Below are positions 10,008-19,244 of a stretch of 64,000 bases of DNA, piece after piece (position 1 is the stretch's first letter; the number at the start of each line of letters is the position of its first letter). The notes beneath the pieces were generated by a model. That model had not been told where the DNA came from, did no database searches, and saw only the letters and a program-made list of their open reading frames with translations. The translations under genes were made by a program, and so were the position numbers. The stretch spans positions 186,001 through 250,000 of the IMG/VR virus record IMGVR_UViG_3300027896_005002, one strand, 5' to 3'.

Positions 10008-10936
10008 ATAAATCGTTTACATCCAGTCGTAGGACGAATAAAAGATATTTGACAATTACTTTTGTCTATTATACGTTTATCATAAAATTCACATTTATTA
10101 TTCTGACAAGGCTTAATTTCTTCCAACGATTGTTTAATTTTTTTACATTCAGGATGATGACTTTTTTCACCAATTGCCATATCAGTTAAATACCATTCTC
10201 CATTTGCACCTTTTAAGAAATCTAATGACCAATAACCACTAAATAATTTAGCTACATATGTAGCCATTTTAATAAGTTCATTTTCGTCATCATTAGATAA
10301 TGAAGCCATTTCATCAAATAATTTTTCGTCTATATCATTTTCAAAAGCTTTTCTATCCCAATAATTATGATGACATTCTATCTTACCATTACGTACAAAA
10401 AATCTTCGTTCCTTCGTTATAGGCATTTCACCTATAAAATAATGAAAATATGGTTCAGTTTTAATAAATTCACGAACAGCCCAAAAATCAAAAGGAATTA
10501 CTCTATCAATTGTAGCTATACAACTCATATAAAGTAGATTGTGCACGTGATTTAGTAAAGTATCAGATGTATGACTTAATAAAGTACTTTCATTTTCAAT
10601 AGTTTTTTCATTAATATAACAAGAATTTTTCCAATCATGTTTATTACTTAAATGTCCTGTTCGTAAAAATGCAGGTAATCCAACCTCAATAACTGCATTT
10701 TTTAAATCGGACATAAACTGTCCGAGGCCTTCAGGATTCTTATTGTCAAACAAGTCAATAAGTTGAACATTAGTATGAATGATTATTGTCTTTGGCATAG
10801 GAAAACTTAATCTGTAAAGTCTAGGATACCAAAATGTAATACAATTCATAGCATCGCATGTATCACAAACATCATCATTTACTATCATTTCATTTGAATT
10901 GAATTCATTATTACATCTAATACAACGTTTTTTCAT
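10004..10936 (-). CDS. ATP-grasp-fold protein (phage R2K-like)
   Basis: FLRTG..S.KH.W, VREFI, ERRFFV, WSLDF, WYLTDM. Confidence 0.6.
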   Translation of the reverse strand: MKKRCIRCNNEFNSNEMIVNDDVCDTCDAMNCITFWYPRLYRLSFPMPKTIIIHTNVQLIDLFDNKNPEGLGQFMSDLKNAVIEVGLPAFLRTGHLSNKHDWKNSCYINEKTIENESTLLSHTSDTLLNHVHNLLYMSCIATIDRVIPFDFWAVREFIKTEPYFHYFIGEMPITKERRFFVRNGKIECHHNYWDRKAFENDIDEKLFDEMASLSNDDENELIKMATYVAKLFSGYWSLDFLKGANGEWYLTDMAIGEKSHHPECKKIKQSLEEIKPCQNNKCEFYDKRIIDKSNCQISFIRPTTGCKRFI

Positions 10937-11007
10937 TTTTTTCTTTCAATTTTTTAAACAATTGTTACCCATATAATTAATTATGTTATTTTTTTCTATA
11001 TTTTCAC

Positions 11008-11175
11008 AAAAAATATGTCCGACTCTATATTCGAGCAGTCGGACATATAATTAGAGAAGGTCCTGTTAAGTCGACTTTAACGGTCTATGGCCTTAAATAC
11101 AATCTTATGTTATGTGTCTCAATTACTTGAGGCACAACCCTCTCTTGCCTCGATACCGGCACCGAAATTTGATAA
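11008..11175 (-). ncRNA. Putative ncRNA ending in an intrinsic terminator
   Basis: GC-richer intergenic stretch with stems AGAGAGGG/CCTTCTCT, GTGCCTCAA-GTAA-TTGAGACAC, GTTAA/TTAAC, then 12-bp hairpin atatgtccgact/agtcggacatat followed by a T-run on the minus strand. Confidence 0.45.
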
Positions 11176-11652
11176 CCTATTGCAATTACTACTATTAATA
11201 ATAATAAAGCAATGTAAAAATAATATAATTTGTCAGGAATATCCATTAATTATGCTTCATAAAAAAGATTTCATACATTATTTATACTAACTAAACCAAT
11301 TGCCCTGACTATCCTGCAAAACATGCTTGCCACAACGACGACAATCACCATTTCTTGAACAACCATCAAAACCAATGCCTGTTGGTGCTTTATGCCATCC
11401 AAATGTATTACAAAACCACACATTTTTTGAAAACGTACTTATAATTGCAAGAATGAATAATACTGTAATAAGAAAAAATAAAATAAAACTAAAATAAGTT
11501 GTCATCATCAATTTTAACCCCTGATAATTGTTCAAGCACTTTGAGTCTTTTATTTAAATTTGCAAGCTGTTTTTCTATTAACACAAACTTTGCAGATATA
11601 CAAATAAATAAAATTATAGCAATTCCAATAATAACATACATTGTATAATCCA

Positions 11653-12831
11653 TTAAAACCGTTTTGGATCGTTCTTTTTAACTGAAGTTGAAGTTGAAGT
11701 ATTAAGTAATTTATCAAATTGAATTGAAAGACCAAGTTGTAGCATTGCTCCAAGATAAACTGTTTCTTGAGGTCCTGCTGTTATTTTCGGAAGATCAATG
11801 ATGGATAACATGAATCGAGTGATATTTGATTCAAGTCGTACATAATCTGCCGAAATATCGATGTTTAGCATTTTGAGCATTTGATCACGGTTAACAGCTC
11901 CGAGAGCGGCAGGAAGTGCAGTATTTTCCAAAACTGTTTTAATACTATGTGCTTCATATGCAAGCGCCCTTGCAATAGGAATGCCAAAACCGGCAAAGAT
12001 TTTATTAATTACATTAATAACAGTTTCAGCAGAGTCTCTTACAGCTGAAGCATCGGGTGGTGCCATCATAGGAGCCATTAAATTATTTGGAGAAAGAGCT
12101 GCCATAATTGCGCTGGTTATTGCAGCAGGATTAGACCCACCTTGTATCCATGCTTGTTGCCAAGCTGAAAGTTGTTTGTAAAAATCACTGAGTGTTATCC
12201 AAAGTTTGTCATCCAATTTTGTCAAGAAACTTTTCTTTCGAGTTTGTGTTACAAAAGAACCTTCAATACCTAATACTGATAATACATCAGCATAGTTCCT
12301 TTTGATGACTAAATTACGAAGAGTGAAATATTCTGTGCCACAAGGAATTTCGTTACTTTCAGCAAAATTCTCCATTTTATCTTTGATAACATCAATGATA
12401 TCGAATAAGCCAAGCCTGTTTGCAATTGCCGATCTCATTGCGCAAATTATTTCCATTGGTCCAACTTTTAATTCTCCACCTGTTTTGAGAGCTTTAATAA
12501 AACTCTCATCATCAGGTAATGACGGCAAAACATCCAAAGAAAAAGAAGCTGACGATGTTGGTGCTATCGGTGGAACAGCCTTTGGTCCACGTAGTAAATT
12601 TACATTCTTTTTCAAAACACCACTCGGAATTTTGAGTGCTGCAAGCGCATTTTTAATATCTTCAAATGATGCAGCTTCTTCATCAGCCAATATCATCAAA
12701 GCATCATCACTTGGAGAGCCTACCACTGTTAATAATGCTTCATTAACATCACTTAAATTCTTGTTAACTGCTTTTGCAAAAGCACCAACTTTTGTGTCCC
12801 AACCTTCAGGCACTTTGATTTCTTCACTCAT
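11653..12831 (-). CDS. Hypothetical protein, third gene of vWA / kinase-NadM operon
   Basis: 392-aa helical ORF, ATGA overlap with the upstream kinase gene. Confidence 0.6.
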   Translation of the reverse strand: MSEEIKVPEGWDTKVGAFAKAVNKNLSDVNEALLTVVGSPSDDALMILADEEAASFEDIKNALAALKIPSGVLKKNVNLLRGPKAVPPIAPTSSASFSLDVLPSLPDDESFIKALKTGGELKVGPMEIICAMRSAIANRLGLFDIIDVIKDKMENFAESNEIPCGTEYFTLRNLVIKRNYADVLSVLGIEGSFVTQTRKKSFLTKLDDKLWITLSDFYKQLSAWQQAWIQGGSNPAAITSAIMAALSPNNLMAPMMAPPDASAVRDSAETVINVINKIFAGFGIPIARALAYEAHSIKTVLENTALPAALGAVNRDQMLKMLNIDISADYVRLESNITRFMLSIIDLPKITAGPQETVYLGAMLQLGLSIQFDKLLNTSTSTSVKKNDPKRF

Positions 12832-14513
12832 ACAACCTCCTGTTTAAAGTAAATTATTTCATCATCACCATCAAATTCTGTTTTATTATAGGAAAATTGA
12901 ACTATATTATTATTCCATTGTACAATTGTGTTTTTTGAATAAGGATCTATTATTTTGCAAATATCATCAGTGTCGTTAATTGCCTGAATTAAACTTTCTT
13001 CAGGTGTTGAATATCTTGTTACATGAACTGAATATAATAATGTCTTAAAACATGATGGATCATCATTTAATAAAAGAACTGCTTTTACTATACCTGGAAC
13101 AAATTCAATGTTTGGTTTACCATACATTATTCGTAATTCTGCAAATGACAGAATCTTTTCAACTCCCATAGCAGCATAATCTTGAAAAGTACGATAATCA
13201 TTATTTTTGACAGAATTCCTAATTATTTCTCCCCATGATTTGGGTATACCATCATACTCTGTACAAAATAAATGTTTTTGTTCTATAATGGGCATTTCCA
13301 TATCTGAAAATAATTCATGGACATCAGGATTACTTGATGCTACAGTTATTAATTTTTCTTTTTCGGGCATCATAGCAAAATGCATTCGTAATTCTTTTTC
13401 AGTTTTGTAAAAAGGTGTCAAATAAAATTTAAAATCATCTTTTGAATAACCTAATTCAAGCAAAGATTGAGCGACCATTTTCATCACTAGCCATTTAGGT
13501 ATTGGATCACGATCTGTTATTGTATATGATCGTTGTATTGAAATTATGAGCTTATAGCCCAAATCAAGAATACGCGTCATATATTTAATATGACCACTAT
13601 GAGGAATACCCATCCGTGCAGGGAATAAAACATATTTGTCACTTGAAGATTTTATTCCTCGATGTTTGATATATCGATATGTTTGATTTTCTAAATATGA
13701 ATTAGTAAATACTTCTGTACACGTTTTAAGTGTTGGTCGTTCAACAGGATTTAATTTTAACATTTTTGAAATAATTACAAATTCATCTTTTACATTAGCT
13801 TCTTTCGATAAAGTTGGATAATGTCTATCGGCACATTCGCACAAATCCATAGTTCTAGGTTCAAATGGTGTTGTATCAAATGGATGTATACCTGTAAAAA
13901 GCTCATGTGCAATTATACCAAGTTGGAAGACTATTGATTTTTCACTAACTATATGATTAAATACGGTTTCAGGTGCAGCATATCGAGGATGTGAAATTAT
14001 ACCAATTTGTTCAGTATCATTTGTTTTTAATTGAGTAAGACCCAAATCAATTATATACACATTACTAATAGAAATTAAAACATTTTCAGGCTTTATATCT
14101 AAATATAGTATTTGTTTTTTATGAAGTAATTCTATTTTTAAAATTAATGTACCTAAAATAAAAGATACATCGTTTGGTAACAATAAATTATCAGGTTGAC
14201 AATAGTTTGCCAACGACTGACCATATGTAAAAGAAGTTTTAATAAACTTATTACCGTCAATATCAACAGTACCATAATATTGAGGTAAGAGTGGAACAGG
14301 ATGATTTACTAAATACTCATATAATTCATCTTCATTTAAATAATCTCGAAGATCTTTTTTGTAATTATAAACTTCTTTTAATATTTTGAAAATACCATCT
14401 GTGTCACGTATTAATAAAACAGTCGACCTTTTTTCATGAACACTTTCGAAGCTTTGCTGTAATACAGAAATTAAAGAAATATTGTGAAGTTTACACCATT
14501 GATTATAATTCAT
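12828..14513 (-). CDS. Ser/Thr protein kinase fused to NadM/NMNAT-like (HxGH) nucleotidyltransferase
   Basis: Kinase: YLDIKPEN, IDLG, YAAPE, GIHPF. C-half: FPARMGIPHSGH, RDPIP, SSNPDVHELF, WGEIIRN, paralleling NadM GRFQPFHxGH / NPF / SNNPLV / SGTxIR. Confidence 0.75.
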   Translation of the reverse strand: MNYNQWCKLHNISLISVLQQSFESVHEKRSTVLLIRDTDGIFKILKEVYNYKKDLRDYLNEDELYEYLVNHPVPLLPQYYGTVDIDGNKFIKTSFTYGQSLANYCQPDNLLLPNDVSFILGTLILKIELLHKKQILYLDIKPENVLISISNVYIIDLGLTQLKTNDTEQIGIISHPRYAAPETVFNHIVSEKSIVFQLGIIAHELFTGIHPFDTTPFEPRTMDLCECADRHYPTLSKEANVKDEFVIISKMLKLNPVERPTLKTCTEVFTNSYLENQTYRYIKHRGIKSSSDKYVLFPARMGIPHSGHIKYMTRILDLGYKLIISIQRSYTITDRDPIPKWLVMKMVAQSLLELGYSKDDFKFYLTPFYKTEKELRMHFAMMPEKEKLITVASSNPDVHELFSDMEMPIIEQKHLFCTEYDGIPKSWGEIIRNSVKNNDYRTFQDYAAMGVEKILSFAELRIMYGKPNIEFVPGIVKAVLLLNDDPSCFKTLLYSVHVTRYSTPEESLIQAINDTDDICKIIDPYSKNTIVQWNNNIVQFSYNKTEFDGDDEIIYFKQEVV

Positions 14514-15529
14514 TTTACTAATATTTTTTTCATCAATGCATCAATTTCTTTTTGAGGTCTTTCAATATATTTCCCAAATCGTTGTATCATGTCCTGAGCT
14601 CGTTGATCAGTTTCATTTCCAAAAATCGGTTCTTTCAACCATTTTTCATAAAGAAATGACAGAAATAATTCAACACCTTGCATACCAGTATTTCGAGCGA
14701 TAAGAAAGAGTAAAGCATTACCTGTTATAGCAGCTCTGTGTGCAAATTCTTTGATTGATGAAAGATCAATAAGATCGAATGGTACACGATCATCTTTTAA
14801 AAATTGTGTCTGTAATTTACCATTAGTGGCATCCTCACCACAACCAATGACAGTAAATGTAGTAAAAGTTTTATATACCGCTTCTTTTGATTTTCTCCAA
14901 TCACGTTGATGAGGACATCCGTCATCAGATTCCATGCCCATTCCATGACCAACAACATCTGTTGCCAAATATAAATGTTTTTCTTTTGCATTGCCAAAAT
15001 TTAAACCACAAGCATCCCAAAGAGCACATTCCCATGCTTCGGCTCCGTCATAACCATTTGCAGGTAATACATTTTTGCATGAAGAGTATAATGCTTTATC
15101 TGCTTTTTTTCCGGGCTTGAGATAATCAATCGATTGAATGAATTTATCTTTGTCTCCATGATCACTACAGTACATAAAAGCAATTTGTGAAGAAGCATCT
15201 AATTGTTCAAGAACACTTATCAAGTAACCTGAGCTTTCTCTGAGATGTTGGGCAATTTTTGCATTTGATCCCGAGTTGTCAATTAATACAATATGTAATC
15301 GTTCAACATTTGCATCAGGTTTCGTAATATTTCTTGTAACTAAACTTTCATCATAAAGATCATCAGTTTCTCTTTTCTCTCGAGGTTCTGCTGATTTAAT
15401 ATGAACTTCATCACGAGCAGACTTAACTGACTTGGCTCTTTCTTTATAATAAGTATCACTATCACTACTTAAACTAGATCTACTTCTGCTCAAATACGAG
15501 CTGTAATCTTCATAAGATTTTCCGCTCAT
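14510..15529 (-). CDS. von Willebrand factor A (vWA) domain protein
   Basis: MIDAS-like LIDNSGSN, DH, GYDGAEAWE, LATD; Ser/Tyr-rich N-terminus. Confidence 0.65.
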   Translation of the reverse strand: MSGKSYEDYSSYLSRSRSSLSSDSDTYYKERAKSVKSARDEVHIKSAEPREKRETDDLYDESLVTRNITKPDANVERLHIVLIDNSGSNAKIAQHLRESSGYLISVLEQLDASSQIAFMYCSDHGDKDKFIQSIDYLKPGKKADKALYSSCKNVLPANGYDGAEAWECALWDACGLNFGNAKEKHLYLATDVVGHGMGMESDDGCPHQRDWRKSKEAVYKTFTTFTVIGCGEDATNGKLQTQFLKDDRVPFDLIDLSSIKEFAHRAAITGNALLFLIARNTGMQGVELFLSFLYEKWLKEPIFGNETDQRAQDMIQRFGKYIERPQKEIDALMKKILVK

Positions 15530-15559
15530 AATTTTTCCTTACTATTTAAAGTTGAAAAA

Positions 15560-15699
15560 CTTAGAAGAACTGGACTCTCTCTATGCACCTGGGCTATGTG
15601 TATAGCCATGATTCACTCCATAGATTTCCCAGGTAGAGCCTTCATGCTTTTTGTGCCGATACATGAACACTACATATCGTTGCAATCAGTTCTTCTAAG
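15560..15699 (-). ncRNA. Putative 140-nt structured RNA element upstream of the vWA operon
   Basis: Perfect 13-bp closing inverted repeat cttagaagaactg/cagttcttctaag; internal stems acctggg/cccaggt, ggctat/atagcc, ttcatg/catgaa. Confidence 0.5.
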
Positions 15700-15710
15700 G
15701 TTTGTATCAT

Positions 15711-16826
15711 TTAATCTTCAGCTGCAACTATTTCTGATTTGTCAAAGACTCTGTAACGTAAGGCTATTCCTCTCGCAATGACCAATCTATTCCAGATTTT
15801 TTTCTTTCCAGGAAGAATATAACCACGTTCCCATTTAGCATTTTGTATCCAAGCCGGCATTTTTTCACCGTCATTGCTATTGAGAAAGAATGCATATTCA
15901 GTTGCTCTTGCAGCAAACCGTAATTTTGGAATAATTGAATATGTATATGACCGTGCAGTATCTTCAACAGCTTTTAATAATAATGATTGATCTTTTTCGG
16001 AGAATAATTTTGAAACAACAAATTCGCCTGTTATATCCGGATGATCAACTTCTGCTTCAAAAGCTTTTATTTTAATACTTTCTCCTTTGCCGACAACAGT
16101 CTTTTTTGGCCATTCTTTCTTTTCTGCACCGCCACCGCCGATTTTAACACCACGTTTCCTCATCATTTCTGCAGTGTCTTTGAGAAATTTTGCTTCTTCG
16201 GTTAAACGATCAATTAAAGCTTTTGTGATAAAATAATACTGACCGTAGAGAGACACCCAACGATTTGGGTGAACAAAATTTTTGAAAACAACTGAATTGC
16301 CTGACCAAAGACTATTATTAGTCAAAAAATCATTTTCTTTTGCATTTGGCACAAATTCAACCGCTTTCCAACCATCATACCATTTTCCATCAATATCAAC
16401 CAGCATAAAGTTTCGAAAATCACCTACTGAATCTGTTGTCATGACATTTGCGTCATTAATTCTGATAGAAAATGAAAAGTTTTCTTTGTTTGCAGAAAGA
16501 CCTAAAATCTTTCCATGTCGATTGTCTTTTGAAACAACAGTTTGACCTTCTGCTATTTGCGCCGGCCTTCTGCTTTTGTATTGTGGAATATTAATGACTG
16601 CTCCTCTTTCTGCAAGAGCAAATAAAAAAGCAGCCAAGTCAAGGTCTGTTCCAACAAAAATACCATCATCTGTATAAGCTGCACCTGGTTTACGTGTAAA
16701 TAAATCATAACTCCAATAATCAGTCAATCTTTCAATAACAGGTTTTACTGACTGGCCTTTATCGATAATCAACTGCATCTCGTCAGTATTAAGAACATTG
16801 ACCAACGTTCCGGCAATTTTCTTCAT
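15711..16826 (-). CDS. Hypothetical protein
   Basis: 371-aa ORF with AGGAG RBS; no family recognised. Confidence 0.6.
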   Translation of the reverse strand: MKKIAGTLVNVLNTDEMQLIIDKGQSVKPVIERLTDYWSYDLFTRKPGAAYTDDGIFVGTDLDLAAFLFALAERGAVINIPQYKSRRPAQIAEGQTVVSKDNRHGKILGLSANKENFSFSIRINDANVMTTDSVGDFRNFMLVDIDGKWYDGWKAVEFVPNAKENDFLTNNSLWSGNSVVFKNFVHPNRWVSLYGQYYFITKALIDRLTEEAKFLKDTAEMMRKRGVKIGGGGAEKKEWPKKTVVGKGESIKIKAFEAEVDHPDITGEFVVSKLFSEKDQSLLLKAVEDTARSYTYSIIPKLRFAARATEYAFFLNSNDGEKMPAWIQNAKWERGYILPGKKKIWNRLVIARGIALRYRVFDKSEIVAAED

Positions 16827-17041
16827 ATAAATCTCCTTTTATGAATTTGATTTTTTATAATAAACACTTTGAGATTTTTCAAAAAGTTCAAGCATGAATG
16901 TATCGAGACTCGGAGCATTATCTTCAGTAAATTCATTGTCAACTGCTTCTCGTAAAAGTTTAAAAATACATTCTATATTTTTTTTATGTTCAGAACTCTG
17001 TATCACAGCTTCTTTAAAGATTTTTCTTAATTTTGCAATAT

Positions 17042-17959
17042 TCATATTGATTTAAAATACCATTGTCTACTATATGCTGTGTCAAAATCAGACCATTCAC
17101 TATTTTGTCTTTGTTTTAATTCATCAAATCGTGAACAATAACTATTAATCATGTCACTAAAATGCAAAATTACTGCTTCTTTCATTAAAGGCTCAATTGG
17201 CGCTCCCCATTCTTTTTTACCATGATGTGATAATAATAAATGAACTAATTCTGCAAATTTCTTAGGTGGAACGTTATCAGGTAAAAGTTTTGTGATGATG
17301 ATGATGCCTAGTGTTGTATGGCCTACAAGTTTACCTGGCGTTGAGCGATCAAAAGATTTGTCATAAGTATATTCTTTTATTTTGCCAATATCATGTAATA
17401 AAGCACCAGTAATTAGTAAACTGTAATTTAAATTTTCAGGTGATGAATTATGTATTGATGAACATAATTCAGCTACTTCGATAGAATGTTTAAACAATCC
17501 GCCAATATGTGCTTGATGATTACTTTTAGCTGCAGGTGCTTTTATAAAATCATCAAACACATTATAATTTACACTATCAATAATAGAACTAAAATGTTCA
17601 TCAGTAATAGATTTGCAAAGTTTTGAATATCTAGTTTTCAGATTTTCAAATTCTTCTTTTGTTATTGATGGAAGGTTAATTGACTTTTCTGTTTTAGAAA
17701 TTTTGATAACATCAATTTTGCGATTGTTATTAAATTCACCAACATGGCCTTTTAATAAAACAATATCATTTTGTTGAACTTCATCACCGTCGTCGTATCT
17801 ACAAACTTGAATATCCCAAATAAAGGCACTTATATCATTTTGACCATCATTAATTGTTAATTTAATGAAGTCTTCTAATTTTTTTGTTTTTTGTTTTGCA
17901 ATTGATTTAACGACGACAACAGCGGAAACTGTGTCGCCGACTTGAAACTTATCAATCAT
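17042..17959 (-). CDS. yhaM: YhaM/Cbf1-like OB-fold + HD 3'-5' exoribonuclease
   Basis: N-terminal OB fold; PAAKSNHQAHIGGLFKHS, LLHDIGKIKEY, GH, SHHG..EWGAP, LHFSD. Confidence 0.85.
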   Translation of the reverse strand: MIDKFQVGDTVSAVVVVKSIAKQKTKKLEDFIKLTINDGQNDISAFIWDIQVCRYDDGDEVQQNDIVLLKGHVGEFNNNRKIDVIKISKTEKSINLPSITKEEFENLKTRYSKLCKSITDEHFSSIIDSVNYNVFDDFIKAPAAKSNHQAHIGGLFKHSIEVAELCSSIHNSSPENLNYSLLITGALLHDIGKIKEYTYDKSFDRSTPGKLVGHTTLGIIIITKLLPDNVPPKKFAELVHLLLSHHGKKEWGAPIEPLMKEAVILHFSDMINSYCSRFDELKQRQNSEWSDFDTAYSRQWYFKSI

Positions 17960-17971
17960 TTAAAACCTTTT

Positions 17972-18631
17972 CTATACTTTTTCAAATCCAATGAATCCAT
18001 CTTTTATGAATATTTTGACAGCACCTTTTTTGACTGTTGTACAGGACCGGGGAATACTGATTCGACCGTCTGCATGAACTCTTAATGTTGCAGGAATATT
18101 TTTAATAGCAAATTTCTTATCCGTTACTTTTTGATGAGGTCTCAATCCAATTGCTCTTGCAATTTTTGCAGGAATATAAAACCTATCAGATTTGTCGGCA
18201 CTTACAGCATTAAGTAATACGATCTTTTTTGATGATTTTTTTATTGTAGTCATGGCTTGCGTCGGTTGTGCTACTTTGGTCCCAGTTAAAGGATCAACAC
18301 CATGAAGTCGCTGAAATTCATCCGGTGTCATTGCACTAATATTTGTATCTGTAAATGAATTAACGTTAAATGATACTGGATGATATAAATATGCCCTATC
18401 TTTTCCACCATTAACACTGATCAACGTTGCAGTGTAATTTAATGAAAGACTTGAAACCAAAGAACCCATACTGTTTCTCAGCCAATCCGCAACATCAGTG
18501 TTTCTCATCCATTTCCCATCCATTTTAATAGCATTTGCAAGATGCACTGATGTAAATGCTGTTGACTGCATCAAAAATTCAGTCGCCTTTGCTTTAACAA
18601 TGTCAATCTGGCCCTGCGTTAAGTTGCACAT
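17972..18631 (-). CDS. Hypothetical protein (possible C-terminal swapped-hairpin DNA-binding repeats)
   Basis: DKSDRFYIP and HADGRISIP repeats resemble AbrB-like DxxGRIxIP. Confidence 0.4.
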   Translation of the reverse strand: MCNLTQGQIDIVKAKATEFLMQSTAFTSVHLANAIKMDGKWMRNTDVADWLRNSMGSLVSSLSLNYTATLISVNGGKDRAYLYHPVSFNVNSFTDTNISAMTPDEFQRLHGVDPLTGTKVAQPTQAMTTIKKSSKKIVLLNAVSADKSDRFYIPAKIARAIGLRPHQKVTDKKFAIKNIPATLRVHADGRISIPRSCTTVKKGAVKIFIKDGFIGFEKV

Positions 18632-19244
18632 AGCATCATCCTTTCATTAATGTAAATATAATTATACAAACCATAAAATCAAACATAAAGTATTAAAACC
18701 CAAATAAAAAGAAGCAAGAACTTTTTTCCAGCCTTTGCCCCATATTACTATTGGAATATTAAGAATTGTAATTGCAATAATCAATCCTATTACTACTATC
18801 ATTTTATCACGCATTTGATTTATCTTGTAAATCTCTTTGATTCGCTCTTGCTCTTTTTGCAAGAAGTCTCTCATATTCTATTTTAGCTAATTTTCGCAAA
18901 TAAATTTTTACATATGAACTATTATCATTCCCACTAATAATAAATCTTAATTTATCAATTTTTTCATCATCAATTGGTTTATCCTCCTGCTCTAAATTTT
19001 TAGCAATTTCTTTATATAATGGAAGATTTTTTTCTTTAACAATTTTCTTAAATCTCGAATCAAGTCTTGCCTGTGCAGTGCGACGAGTAAGTACATTTTG
19101 TAAAAGTAAAATACGTTTATGTTGTCTTACATTAATTTTAGCCAACTGAGAGACTTCATTTTTTAGTTTCTTAATTTCAATTTCATAAGTATTTTCAAAT
19201 AATCGTTTTATTGTTTCTGGACATTTTAAATTGAAAAAATTCAT

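Noticed and set aside
15560-15699. Retron msr-msd or MITE interpretation of the inverted-repeat element
   Set aside because: No reverse transcriptase in window, no target-site duplication, no second copy seen
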